From Amoebidium appalachense (Eukaryota > Protista > Ichthyosporea): a stretch of DNA of 64,000 bases. This document shows, one piece after another, positions 36,956-55,440 of this stretch; position 1 is the first letter of the stretch; each line of letters begins with the position of its first letter. The position numbers were made by a program, and so were the translations under genes. The DNA is taken from assembly GCA_963693365.1 (NCBI GenBank), contig CAVNZM010000002.1, positions 434,001-498,000 on the forward strand, given 5' to 3'. The notes below the pieces were generated by a model. That model saw nothing but the letters and a program-made list of their open reading frames with translations. It was not told the DNA's origin and did not search any database.

Positions 36956-37169
36956 TCAAAAGATTAAGACCATCTTATTAGGATTTTATTTCATAATTTT
37001 ACCTTTATTCGTGGGCGGTAGTGTACGTACAGGGGTAGGTTAAAATTAAGCCTTTCCGAATTTAAGATTCTAGCGCTAGAAATTTTAGAAAAATTAAGAT
37101 TCTACAACTAATGTAGTGGGCTAGCCCCCACAGCATCGTTATGATTTTTTCCCCCCCCTTTTTCTTTTG

Positions 37170-38643
37170 ACTGGTTTTATTCAACGGAAAGATATGCAAG
37201 TGTGCACATATGCTTAGGAGGCAATAAAAACTTCACGAGTTATCCAGTAACAAGTGCATACTGAGATACCTGAACACTGTATGAAAATTGTTTTTATAAT
37301 GACTTTATTGATGTGCTCATAGAAGGTGAAAAGGCGAGATATCGCAGATAACCCGGGATTAAGAAAAAACCGCTCATGAAAAGAAGATATCGGCCCAAAA
37401 AAAAAACAAAAAAAAAACAAACATCGTGCTTTAGATAACATCGTCACGCATAGTACTATATGTACAGCACACTGTGACTGAGAGGAGTCACCTCGGGAAG
37501 GTTAGGTTCAGAAATAAAGTTGCAAAGAAAGGAGACAGCTGCAAGGGCCAAAAAAAAAAAAAAAAAAAAAAAAAAAAGAAGAAGAAGAAGAAGAAGAAGA
37601 AGCTCAGATGTAGAAAGAAGCTCAGGTGTAAACTAATTGGGACGAGATAACAAGAGAGAGACGAGTCGACTAGATTGCCCTATCTCGATGTCTAAGCTAC
37701 AATCTGTAATGAAAATTGCACTTTGTTTCGTACTCGGTGTGTGACTCCCTTAATTGGTATGTTTGGATTGTCGTCTGCTGTTTGTCGTATGGAGGAATTG
37801 TCTCTTCGTTTCTATTTTCATTTATTTGGGATACCTGATGGTCACCCTCTTTATGCTTTCTTCCCCCCCCCTCCCTCCATCCCTGTTCCCCCCCCGATTC
37901 ACCAACGCCACTTCTTAATGTCCTCAGCCTACCGTCGACGTCTTTCAACCTGATCCTTCCTCTCGCTATCTCACTCCCTCTTTCTTTTCTCTTCCTGTTT
38001 TTTCTGCCTTTTCGAGTTTATTACCATACGCAGTATGAGTTTCTTCCTCGTTCTGATAGAGAAATCAAAGGTAAAACTCAGTCGGCATGTGTTATGTTCC
38101 TTAGGCAACACCTGATCATTATCCCTTTTTGGTGGTTTGGCAGGATACATTTCTCCTGTTGTACGTATGGATACCACCCTAGTAGATAAGTCTGTATGGT
38201 GCTCTGATGTTGATATTGCCTGGGAAGTTGTGCAGTGGCGTTGTAATTCTTGTTTCCATTGCCGCTGGTGCCACTTTAGTGCTGAACTTTTTAATCGAAA
38301 GCATGTTGATAGGTGTGAGTTTTTATGTCGCGTTTTACCTCTTTCCCTACGGGTGTCTGCTACACTGGCTGGCAATGTGAACACTTTAGACTTTTTGTTG
38401 AATTCTGTTGGTCGTCACATTGAGTATTTATATGGGGTTTACACACTATTTATATGATTTTCACAGAGTGTTCAGGTATCTCAGTATGCACTTGTTACTG
38501 GATAACTCGTGAAAATTTATTGCTGCACGTTGCCTTCATCAACGGATCAATAAAACCGAGTCAAAAGAAAAAAAATTCTTGTCTTTTCAGTATGCCGTGC
38601 ATACTTGCATATCTTTCCGTCGAATAAATCCAGTCAAAAGACC

Positions 38644-38674
<31 letters not shown>

Positions 38675-39774
38675 TCATATAAATACTCAATGCGACGACC
38701 AACAGAATATAACAAAAAGTCTCTAAAGTGTTAAAAACTTCACGAGTTATCCAGTAACAAGTGCATACTGAGATACCTGAACACTGTATGAAATTCATAT
38801 AAATATTCAATGTGACGACCAACAGAATTCAACAAAAAGTCTAAAGTGATAAAAACTTCACGAGTACTAAATTAGTTATCCAGTAACAAGTGCATTCTGA
38901 GATACCTGATCTGTGCCGGTCCGCCGGATCCGTGGGCAGGCATGGGCAGTGAGCCGCTTTGCGTGGATCTAGGTATCTAAATATCTAGATTCTTAATTTA
39001 CGTATACACTTCCGCAATCCCCCGATCTGTTAAAGGGGGTTTACACACTTTTTATTGCGTGGACATTGCCGGAGGCCCAGCCACATTCGACGGCCTACTG
39101 CGTTTTCCAGCACAGCCAATCAAATGCAGCCAGTGACATATGTACATGCTAGGCAACAATGAGCGCCATCGTAGTATCTGACACCCTGTTAAAGTTTTAA
39201 AGTTTGCATGAAATCTTTTTTTTTTTTTTTTTTTTTTTTTGAAATCTAGCTTGATTTCGACCCTCTTCCAGAGGGCGAATGAGTCGCATCGCGTGGATCT
39301 AAATATCTAAATACTCGGCGAATTTAGAGAACCAATGTCGTTTTCTAAAGATCTAAAAGTCTGCTCGATTCGTGAAGAGCAGTTTGGAAACTGAATTATC
39401 TAAATCCTAGATCGCAATTCTATTGGATAAATTTTTTTAGGCGAGTTCCAAGGACCAATCGTCTCATCCCAGACATCTAGAAGACCCCCCCCCCCTTCCC
39501 CCTCTTCCAGATTCGCCCATCTGGAAGAGGGTCGAAATCAATCTAGATTTTATGCAAACTTTAACAATTTAACAGATCAATCGGATTGCGTACATTTTAT
39601 ATGTAAATTTAACAATCTAGATATTTGGATATTGGGAGCGTTTGTGCAGCTCTAGATGTCCGAAATCTAGATTGAGAGGAATGCGTTTATTGTATGCCGC
39701 CGATCTGATTTGGATTCAAAATTTTACAAGGTTCGATTAAATTCTAGATTCGCGGCTGCGCTTCGAATCTGGAA

Positions 39775-39825
<51 letters not shown>

Positions 39826-40490
39826 CTTCCAGATTTCTCTTGATGTACAATTGGTGAACAATCATGACACGTTCAATCCCATTGACCCAGTTGTCATAGA
39901 CGCGGCCAACGTTGGCACTTTGAAAGTTGCGAGGGGCAGACAGGATTTTTGACTTTGGGGTCTCGTGTCTGTTTTACTATGGGGGGTCGGAAAAAAAAAG
40001 AATTTTGGGTTCAAACGCTCCGACATGGGCTGCCGGGTTGGGGGACCAAAAAACGCGCTTGCCTACAGGGGGGTTATGAACATTCGGGTCGCGACTTCAA
40101 GGTTCGGGTCGGCGACGTGCCTGCCCGATCGGGTCGGGTCGGGTCGGGTGTCATGGGTCGATCGGCCGATCCCAGCCCGGGCCCAGGCTCACCTACATAG
40201 GCCTGAAAAAAGTGGGGGTATTTTTTTCTTTTGACTGGATTTATTCGACGGAAAGATATCAAGTATGCACGGCATACTGAGAAGACAACAAAAAACTTCA
40301 CGAGTTATCCAGTAACAAGTGCATACTGAGATACCTGAACACTGTGTGAAAATCATATAAATACTCAATGTGACGAAAAACAGAATTCAACAAAAAGTCT
40401 AAAGTGGTCACATTGCGAGGCCAGTGTAGCAGACACCCGTAGGGAAAGAGGTAAAACGCGACATAAAAACTCACACCTATCAACATGCTT
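37170..40490. mobile_element. Nested block of non-autonomous transposon remnants with large inverted repeats
   Basis: Motif AAAACTTCACGAGTTATCCAGTAACAAGTGCATACTGAGATACCTGAACACTG at ~37227 (+), ~38465-38515 (-), ~38734 and ~38852 (+, tandem ~117-bp units) and ~40292 (+). 38299-38636 is an inverted copy of 40232-40490. TCTAGA-rich internal foldback at 38975-39630; CGGGT repeats at 40085-40150. Confidence 0.6.
39035..39186. mobile_element. ~150-bp insertion with GGG...CCC ends, flanked by a direct repeat
   Basis: CTGTTAAAG at 39027-39035 and 39186-39194. The first ~48 bp (GGGGTTTACACACTTTTTATTGCGTGGACATTGCCGGAGGCCCAGCCAC) recur at 55933-55982. It interrupts one arm of the 38975-39630 inverted repeat. 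Confidence 0.55.
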
Positions 40491-40866
40491 GCGAATAAAA
40501 ACGTTCAGGTATTGCCCCATGTCTATCTACTCCGCGTTTGGTTGAAAACGCCAACAATCTAGATCTGCGATCTATCACTGCCAGACTGCTAGTTGTGCAG
40601 TGTGTGTGCACCTGCATGCGCACGGTGCCAGCCTGGCCTGCGAGGCTGCGTAGCTCGGCCGCACCTGCACCGCGCACGTGATGCACTGCTATGTACAACA
40701 TATGGCATGGGCAGCCCGGTCTGTTTACGAGGGCTGCAGAGCCTCTCAGGGCTTTACGGTTACACGTGGTCGCCTTATTAAGCTTTACGAAACTGATGGC
40801 CCTTTCCTTTACTAATCTCTCCTCTCTCTCTCTCTCTCCCTCCGAGGCGAGAGCCTTCTCCCTTGC

Positions 40867-40931
<65 letters not shown>

Positions 40932-41733
40932 CCCCCCCCCCCCCCCCCCCCTCCCCCCCCTCCCCCCCCCTCCCCCCCTCCCCCCCCCCCTCCCCCCTCT
41001 CCCCCTCTTCCTCAGTTCCTCACTGTGAGTTTCGAAACTGCAGCGAATCATCGAGCTCCGCTCAGCTCACTAACAGGCGCTCAAGAGCTAGCATTCACTT
41101 ATTAGTGTCAGCCTCAGGGCACACCTGCGAGACTCTGCGTCTTCAACAATGAAGCCTCGAGCTCGGCACCATGGGCAGTCTGAAGGCTATCTGCCGCCGG
41201 GCCAGTAACTCGTGTAACCGTTTCCCCCAGTCTCAGCTTTAGGCTCACTCACAGACGGTCAGCCGCTCAGTATGTACGAGGGCCTCTCAACTTTGAACGT
41301 TTTTACACTGGCTGAGCTCACCTCCGTTGAAAGTCACACTACTTTGTCATTCAGGATTAAGATAATTCACCTATGAGATAAGTACAGTAACTAGATTTTT
41401 GAAAAAAATTCAATTCTAGGTGCGGGTACCGAGGCTCAGGGAAAAATAAGATAAGGGGGATGGGCCCCGGACTATGGAGGTGGTGGTGGTGGTGGTGGTG
41501 GGGGGGGGGGGGGGAGGGGGGGGGGGGGGGGGGGGGGAGGGGGAGGGACGGGGGGATTCGGAGGGAGGACTGTGGCTTCCATAGTGTAAAAAGTCTAGTC
41601 TAGTGTTATTACTATTGTAGGCTGTGCACAAGAAAAGCCCTTCTGTGGCACTGCAGCAGATCATAATTCTTGCCTGATTAGCTTCGTTACTGTGACCAAT
41701 CAACAGACCGAAGAAGTCCGGGGTATGTGTGAC

Positions 41734-41823
<90 letters not shown>

Positions 41824-41937
41824 ACGGTGTGTGTGTGTGTGTATGTATGTGCCACAGTGTGTGTGGGTGGGTGGGTGGGTGGGTGGGGGTGCACGTGGGT
41901 GTGCGGGTGGGTGAGTGTCTTGGCCTTCAAGCCTTTG

Positions 41938-41973
<36 letters not shown>

Positions 41974-41985
41974 CACGTGCGTGTG

Positions 41986-42021
<36 letters not shown>

Positions 42022-42169
42022 ACAGTGTGTGTGTGTGTGTGTGCAACCGGCTGTCATTCAAAGAAAGAGTGCTACGGTAACGGTTTACATTAATGGGCCC
42101 ACGGTGCCAAGACAGGCCCTTCCCCGGCTCTACTATGCTCCTATCTGTGCAAAACTTTGTGCATATATC

Positions 42170-42297
42170 ATAGTCTGTGTGCACATTTGGTGTTTGTGTT
42201 CCGCCGCCCGGCACGGTTTGTCACTACAGTGTGTGTGTTTGTGGGTGTGTGCGTGTGTGTATGTGTCTGCCGCGGCCGGAGCACGGTGCACGGTGTG

Positions 42298-42333
<36 letters not shown>

Positions 42334-43048
42334 TGGCCTGTGGGTCCTTTTTTTGGGCTGCGGGGGTATTTTGTTTTGTGGGGGGGGGGGGGAGGGGGAG
42401 CGCTGTGCGGAAATGTGATCATCATAGTATCTTGTACGTACATTTGGATTACCATCATGTGTTCAATTTGTCACTGGGTGTGTGTGGGGGGGGGGGGGGG
42501 GGGGGGGGCACGGACGGTGTGTGTATCACTATGTGTAGGTGTGTGTGTTTGTCTGTGCCAGTGTCCGTGTGACGGTGCACGGTGCCACGTGTGTGCGTAT
42601 CCCTCCAACCCCCCCTCCCGCCGCCTCCTCCCGTTTCCCCCTATAGCTGTTCTGTGGGTCCTCTTTATGATCGGGGAGGTTTTTTTTTTGGGGGGGGGGG
42701 GGGGGAGGGGGGGGGGGTGGGGCGGGCGGGCTGTGCGAAAATGTGTGCATATGTCTGTGTGTACATTTGGAATTTAGGCTCGTCTGTCCGGCACTCTAGT
42801 CTGTGTGTTTGTGTGTGTGTGGTGTGTGTGCACGTGTAGTAAGGCCTTGTCACAGTGTGTGTATCACAATGTATGTGTGTGTGTGTTTGTGTGCCACGTC
42901 CGTGTGACGGTGCACGGTGTGTGTGTGTGTCAGCTCCCCCCAACCTCCCCCATTACTCGTCCCCCCAACCTCCGACGTTCAAAAGAAAAAAAAAAAAAAG
43001 AAAAAAAGTTCCCCCCTATCCTGTGGGCCCTTTTAATGGGCGGGGAGG

Positions 43049-43135
<87 letters not shown>

Positions 43136-43319
43136 GTGCGAGAATGTGTGCATGTCTGCGTATTAATTTGGAATTTGTGCTCGTTTTCACTGCCAGTGGG
43201 TGCAGTTTGTGTGTGCACGTGGTGTGTGTGTTTGTGCAAACAACATATACTGTATCACAGTGTGGGTGTGTGTGCCCCGTGTCTCCCTGTCCGGTGCACG
43301 GTGTGTGTGGCCCCCCTCC

Positions 43320-43320
<1 letters not shown>
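42170..43320. repeat. Three to four diverged ~300-380 bp tandem units built from (GT)n, poly-C and poly-G blocks
   Basis: Recurrent ACGGTGCACGGTG, CTGTGGG(T/C)CC, G(C/T)GCG.AA.ATGTG and ATTTGGA(A)TT anchors in the same order. Confidence 0.55.
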
Positions 43321-43374
<54 letters not shown>

Positions 43375-43381
43375 TCCCCCC

Positions 43382-43413
<32 letters not shown>

Positions 43414-44569
43414 AAAAAAAAAAAAAAACTCCTGCACTCCAGAACTTACCCACAGGACCGGGGCGGGCGGGCGGGCGGGCGGGCGGGCAGGCGGGCGGGC
43501 GGGCGGGCGGGCGGGCGGGCGGGGGGGGGGATAGTAATGAACCCTACGGCCGAGAAAGTCTAAACCGTATATACCTGTTATCTTAAAAGTGAGTGACCCC
43601 TGTACGCGCCGTACGGTCTGAGAGTACGTTCAAATTGTCGATCCGACGTGCCACCGGTGCCGTGGACGCGGCGTTGCAAAACAAGGCAGCTGACACTGGA
43701 TCTGCAGCTGGCCGGGGGCCGTGGGGGCACGCACCCACGTGCACGTGCACAGACTGAAACAGTGCCGTGTACACGTGTGGCACACAACTGTTTTATAGTC
43801 CGTGACACTGTGACACACTGACATGCATGGTGACACATACTCGGTCTCCATGCACACAGTGTGTCACACTACACACAGTCACCGTCACACTGGTGACACT
43901 GGCCACTGGGCACCGTCATTGTGACCAGCACACACACACGTGTACACACACACGCACACAGTGTCCCACACCGTGTACACACACACGCACACACACTCAC
44001 CGTGGCACACACACACACGCACACACACACACACGTACACAAACACAAGTACACCGTGACACACACACACGCACGCACACGCACACACGCTGTCACACAC
44101 ATGTACAGACACACACGCACACACACAGTCACACACCGCCACTGCTGGCTCTGCAGGCAGGCACCGTGTGACACACATGTACGATTGACATGTCCCGGAC
44201 CCGGTGGCCGTCGCCAGCACGGTGCACACCATGACATGCACACAGGCAGTGTAACACACACACATGCACACAGGCAGTGGCACACACATGCACACAGGTG
44301 GCACACATTTGGCACACTGTGTCACGCGGCGCACTCAAGTTGTCAAAGTCAAAGGCACATGCATGCACTCCACCAAGGCCCTTAACTACCCCGGCCCGCG
44401 GCCTCGGGCACAAGAACTTCAAGAAAAAGACTCCGAAAAAAAAAAAAGAAAAAGAAAACCCTAACGATATCGTCACCGAATGATCGCATAGGCCGGGCCC
44501 CGGTGGTGGTTGTGCCAGGCCCTGGGGAGCTCCCCGGCATCTGAAGCCGGAGGGGAAGGAGGAGGAGGA

Positions 44570-44608
<39 letters not shown>

Positions 44609-44897
44609 TATTATGTAGTATGGTTGGCAAAGGTGGCCCATGGGCCAACCGATCGGATACGTTTTTATAAGACAAGCTCCGTCGATACTCACAGGGAAGT
44701 TCAATAACGGTTCGTTAAAAGCTTCGAATATCACCGTTTGAATACATGCTTGTTTAACTTGCAATTAGCCTGCATGATATAACATTACATACATACTAGT
44801 CATACATGCACATACATCCAATCATTCAAATCGTTTTCAAAAAAGCCCCCCACCCCTTCATTCCTTGGCCACACAAACCTTAACTTCTTTGCCTCGT

Positions 44898-50124
<5,227 letters not shown>

Positions 50125-50856
50125 ACTGACCAATAATGTGTATGATGACCAGAGCGATCAGAAAGAAATTGCAGCAAGTAAAGATAAATATAAAAGGAAA
50201 CGGAAAACTGGGAAAGATGGCCTGTGTTACATTTGTTTTGTGCTAGGTGGTAGCCAAGGTGCATGTAACGGTGACATATATGCAACAAAAATCAACAGAT
50301 ACACGGGTGCTTGCCTGTCCAACTGCGCAAAAGAAACGTTGTTACTAGCAAAGGATGTACACGTGTGCGTGCGGACACCTCTAATCAGCCTGATGGCTTG
50401 AACTAATGTTAGAAAAAACCAGAACGGTGCAACGAGTGCTGCACATCAGATCTCGCTCCCACTCGTCTAATTACTCCTCGTACTGAATCTCATAAACGCT
50501 ATGGTGTAAATACCATTCAAACAAAACGTCTTACAACATCGTCTGAGTCAGACTTACCTCAGCTGAGTCAGACTTCCTTCTGAATCTGATGCAATATTAG
50601 TCTAAAGAAGAGGCAAAAACGCTTCCTTGCTGCCGGGCATTTTACTCAAAACACGGTTATAAATGACGTCATTCACAGGACATAAGCGACTATCTCGTGG
50701 CGCTTACGTAACCGTGACGTCATGCTCATTTCCTTTTCTTTGGCTGCGGCCAGTGGCACACAAAGACGTGTACAGAACACTTATACAGTGAAACGCTCTA
50801 TTTAGCACCTATATATCCCCAGGTATAGACAGTCTACGTTTACGCAAACAGCAAGC
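50125..50856. promoter_or_regulatory. Bidirectional promoter region with clustered bZIP-type sites
   Basis: Microsatellite-free ~730 bp between divergent ATGs. TGAGTCA at 50544 and 50564, TGACGTCA at 50664 and 50715, TTACGTAA at 50704. Confidence 0.5.
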
Positions 50857-50996
50857 ATGTTCTCTCTCCGTGCAGTCGTGAGCCGTCCGCAGCTGAATGC
50901 CCGGCAGTTTGCCACGCAGACAGGCAGGCAGCAGGTGCTGAGCTTGTACCGTGCCATGTTGAAGACGGCAGGCCAGTTTGACAGCTACAACTACAG

Positions 50997-51087
<91 letters not shown>

Positions 51088-51794
51088 TGTGTAATTGGGT
51101 GTGTGTGTGCGTGCGTGCGTGCGTGCCTATCTGCTTCTGGCGCCCGTGCGTGTACTTGCACGGTGGGCCAGTCTTTTGTTCCGTGCGTCCTGATCTCTAT
51201 TTTCTCACTCTCCGTCTTTTGGTAACAGTTCTCGGCTGTGATTCCTTCGAGACTGCCAAAAAAATGGAGGCCATTGACAGTTGCACGCAAGCAATATCCC
51301 GCGCCACATACATCGTTCTCCAGCCATTCCCTTCCCCCCCCTCCCCTCCCCCCGCACCGTCTGCCCGCCTTGTCGCCCGTACACTTGCACATGATTTTGG
51401 CACGCTGATATGCGCGCACACTTAAGCACACCCAAGCACATAAACACACGCATGTGCACACGCAAACACTCTGACTCGCTTACGTACACATTCCACTTAT
51501 ACGGGCTCGCATGCCACCCCCCACCCCCACATACCAATACCTACACTCAGCCACGCACAAGCACGTGTACAGGCACCTTGAACATCTACTTGTATGTGCT
51601 CACATCATGGAGATCTGCCCAATTATTAGTTGCTGCGTCTAAGAACTTGCACCGTTTGAAGACACCAAATTGGGAGCACATGCTTACAAGCAGGGTTTAC
51701 AGAACCTACCTTTGCTCCCCCCCTCCCCCCTTCCCCCCTGCCCCCTTCCCCGCTTTCCCCTTTCCCGGTTCCTCCCCTCCTCCCCCCACCCCAC

Positions 51795-51830
<36 letters not shown>

Positions 51831-53120
51831 AGAAAAAAAGAGAGTAAGGAAAAAAAGATATCGTTTACTCTACACACGAATACGAATACAAGGACACTTG
51901 TGGGCAACCCAACCAATACCTGCACAAAGACACCCATATGCAAGCGCACCTGCACACACGATTACGCGGGCGCGTACACACACACAGAGGGAGAGAGGTG
52001 GGGGCACAAGAGAAAAAAAAAATTTTTTGGGGGGGGGGGGGGGGGGGGGGGGGACTCTTTCTTGTTTCCGCCGTATTATTTAGTCCGTACTCGGTTCATA
52101 GGGACACTCGGTCTTCACATTATTCTCTCCCCCATGCACACCCACACGCTCACACACGTGCACACTCGCATTGTTGCTTTAGTTCCCCCCCCCCCCCCCC
52201 CCCCCCCCGGGTGTCCCCTCCCTCTCATCAAGCACACCTCTCCCCGCCCCATGTCCACACACCTTGCCACACACTTCCCCACGCATGTATGTACCCGTTT
52301 TTCTTCCTTGGTCCCTCCCTCCCCCCCCCCCCCCCCAACTCCCCCTTCTCCCCCCCCCCCGGCCCCCCCCGTCGCGTGGGAATGGATTGAACTTTTGGTG
52401 CACATTCTTTTGTGTGTGCTTTGTAGATTTTGCATCGTGTTGTCCGCCGTCAAATTTTACCTGGTACTTGGTAACACCCCTCCTCCCCCCCTCCCCCCAC
52501 AAACACACATACACACAGACAGGGCGGGCTCTGCTGATGTTGCATACATTAATGTTTGCCTTGGCACGTGTCCTGCACCGTGTTTCTCATCGTGTAGTTG
52601 TACTTTGTACCGTGTTCCTCATTCCCCCCCCCCCCCCCCCCCCCCCCCCTCCCCCCTCCTTCGGCCCCTTACCCTTCACATCCACCTCCATACACACAGG
52701 ACCTATGCGCAGCGGCGTGTGCGTGATGGGTTCAGAGAGCACGTGCAGGCAGATGCAGGCAGTGTGGGTGGATTGGTGCAGAGGGCAGAGATGGATCTGG
52801 AGGTGATGAAGAGGCAGGCGGCCATCAACCGCATGTACTCCCCGCATGAGAGGCTGGTCATAGAGGTGTGTGTGTGTGTGCGCGCGCGCGCGTGCGTGCG
52901 TGCGTGCATGCATGCATGGGCTCTTTGGCGGGACGGGATGGAGGGGAGTAGGGGTGGGCGGGTGTGTGTTAGTGTGGGGTGAGTGGGTGTGTCTGTGGGG
53001 GGGGGGGGGGGGGGGGGAGGGGGTTGTGCATGTGGGTGGTGGGCAGGTGTCGGTATGGGTGGATGGGTGATATGTGTGTTGGTGTGTAATGTGGGACGGG
53101 GGGTGGTGGGGGGTGGGGGT

Positions 53121-53159
<39 letters not shown>

Positions 53160-53580
53160 TGGATTATGTGTACATTGCCCTCTTGAATGTGTGTGGCCGG
53201 GATGCTTTCTTTCTCTCTTCATCTCCGTCTTTCATCGACGTATGGGTGTATGTGTGTGTGCGTGTGTTTGTGGGAGGGGAGGTGCGGAGGGAGGGGAGGG
53301 GGAGGAGGTGGTGTGGGTGGTGGGTGGGTGTGGGTTTGGACGGCTGGGTGGTGTTTGGGGAGAGATGTACAAGACACGTGTGGCCATCTCTCCTGGGTGC
53401 TCTCTTGCCCACTGTCAGTGTTCACGTGGTGGTGCATGTGCCTGATGAAGTTTTTTCTTTTTTTTTTTCTTTCTTCCTTTTTTTTTTTTTTTTTTTTTTC
53501 CTCCTCCCTTTTTGCAGGTCGGAAAGGGGCCGAAGACACAGCAGATGGTGAGGGGGGAGGGCACACCATACCACGCATAG
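50857..53580 (+). CDS. ISD11: LYR-motif protein 4 / ISD11 (mitochondrial Fe-S cluster assembly), ~122 aa, 3 exons
   Basis: Exons 50857-50996, 52700-52865, 53518-53580. Product includes [36 protein letters not shown]...LEVMKRQAAINRMY...RLVIE, with an Arg-rich presequence-like N-terminus. The first donor reads AG|GGGT instead of AG|GT, probably an assembly error. Confidence 0.9.
52526..52624 (+). mobile_element. Diverged, internally deleted subfamily B repeat in ISD11 intron 1
   Basis: GGGCTCTGCTGATGTTGCATAC...GTCCTGCACC...TACTTTGTACCGTGTTCC.CATT then poly-C. Confidence 0.7.
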
Positions 53581-54589
53581 ACCACGGATGGTGTTGGAAC
53601 ACACGTGCATGCACCACTGAACATATGAAATGTACATGTGTTTACTCTGTATAAATAGTTTACCCTCCCCCCCCCCCCCCCCCCCCCCCCCCAAACACAC
53701 ACACACACACACATACCTACACAGACACACACGCGCACACTCACACTCACACGCACCAAGGCTCTATGTAGATAAACCAGTATAACACTAGATTTAGCAT
53801 TGATAATGTCCTTCTTTTTTTTGGGCGGGGTGGATAAGTGGCCGACTGAAACTCACAGTTCGATTGGTATGCTTTCTTTGGCTCAGTTTTAGTATGGGGG
53901 CATTGGGGAAAGCATTCGGAAGAAGGCAGTGTGTTTGAAGAGAAAACTTCAGAAACAGGCAACTTGAAGCTATGCACGTAGCTAAATGGACCTCTTTTTT
54001 GGAGCAGTGTGTTTGTTGCTTGCCTGGTGGGTCCAAGGGGTGACTGTCCTCCGGTTTGTCGGTACAGTCTAGTGTCGAGTGGGTTGTGTACTTTTGCAAT
54101 TTACATATATTGGTGTGTATGTGTGTTTGTAAGGTGTATACGTGGCCAGGTGCCAGCCCCCCACAAGGTTAAATAAAATTGAAAAAGAACCTAATAATAA
54201 CTGTCGGCATGGATAGCTCATACTGGTGTGTGTGTGTGGTGACCCAGCTACCTGCACATGTGCCCATGCCGTGCATGGCGCAGTGAGCATACACTACGCA
54301 AAGTGGGCGGGCAAAAACGGTACCGCACATATGCATATGCATATGCATTTCATCAGACTTTCAGCACTTTAGGTGAAATCCTGGGCACAAGCACACACAC
54401 ATGTACAACTAATAGTAGAAATATTAGGAAGAAACACAAAACAGCACATTTATGGCATTTATCAGGGTTTCGATCTCAGCCCCCTAGATCGTTACACCCG
54501 AGGTTTTTGACCGTTATGGTTACGCATACGGCCAAGTCTGTTTGTCGCAGCCTCGGCTAGCGCTTTGCGCTTTCGTCCTTTATGGTTTA

Positions 54590-55439
54590 CTAGCCACTTC
54601 TTGGTTCTGCGTGCCCCCTGGCGGGGGCACGCCTGCGTGACTGAAGCCAGTGGTGCGCACATACATGCATAAACACGTGTAGAAAGGGGCATGAGAAATG
54701 AAAATATACACACAAAGCCAGCACGCGCACACAAGTACGTAAAATATTAGCACCTAAATAGGTACACACATACAGACACTTTTGGTACGTAGTTTGGGGG
54801 CATGAAATATTCAAAGAGGAAAGCGCGAAGAAGGTTTGGCTTGTGCATGCTTTGTAAAAGGTCGTTGCGTGCAGTGTGAACACTGGACATGTATCTCTGT
54901 AGTTCAGGTGTTCTTGGGTGTGCAAGGCCTTGCCTCAAGGCTATTTCTAGGTCAGGGTTTTGCACATAGTGATGAGATACACCATATAGGTAGCTGCAAA
55001 ATATTGGTGTATTTCTACGGCCGTGGAACGTGCACGGTTGGCGCAGGTCTGAAGTGTGGTAGCATAGAACTGCACTTCCTGGTCGTGAGCAAAGGCACCT
55101 ACATGTGTTAAGTGTCCTTTTCCAAATGCTTCATATATTTCACTTGAACCTAATACCAAAAGTGGAGCAACAAGATCCGGGGCCCGGTTATCAAGGGTAC
55201 GCCAGAGGAGGTTCATGCAATCAACCTTAGTAAGACCAAGCAGGGAAACAAGGAAACTGGATCATTGTTACGTGAGAGAAGAGACGGAATTTAAATGTGT
55301 CATTTGGTAATAGTTGTGCCACTGCACGTGGCACATCAGTTTTATAACTGTTGACGTCGTACGCGAGGTACGCGGCTAAAGGCACAGCCTGAGCCATTGT
55401 TGTGGCTACCAAAAACCACAACAGAGCCAAGAACAACAT
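54590..55439 (-). CDS. Putative secreted protein of unknown function with short introns; 3' structure uncertain
   Basis: Signal peptide MLFLALLWFLVATTMAQA. A ~46-nt phase-0 GT-AG intron joins ...RLFSH to VDCMNLLWR...; a later exon reads RYMSSVHTARNDLLQSMHKPNLLRAFLFEYFMPPNYVPK. No recognised domain. Confidence 0.45.
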
Positions 55440-55440
55440 T

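Noticed and set aside
38672-38910. CRISPR-like reiterated repeat
   Set aside because: The intervening sequences are themselves repeated (tandem ~117-bp units), there are no cas genes, and the context is eukaryotic.
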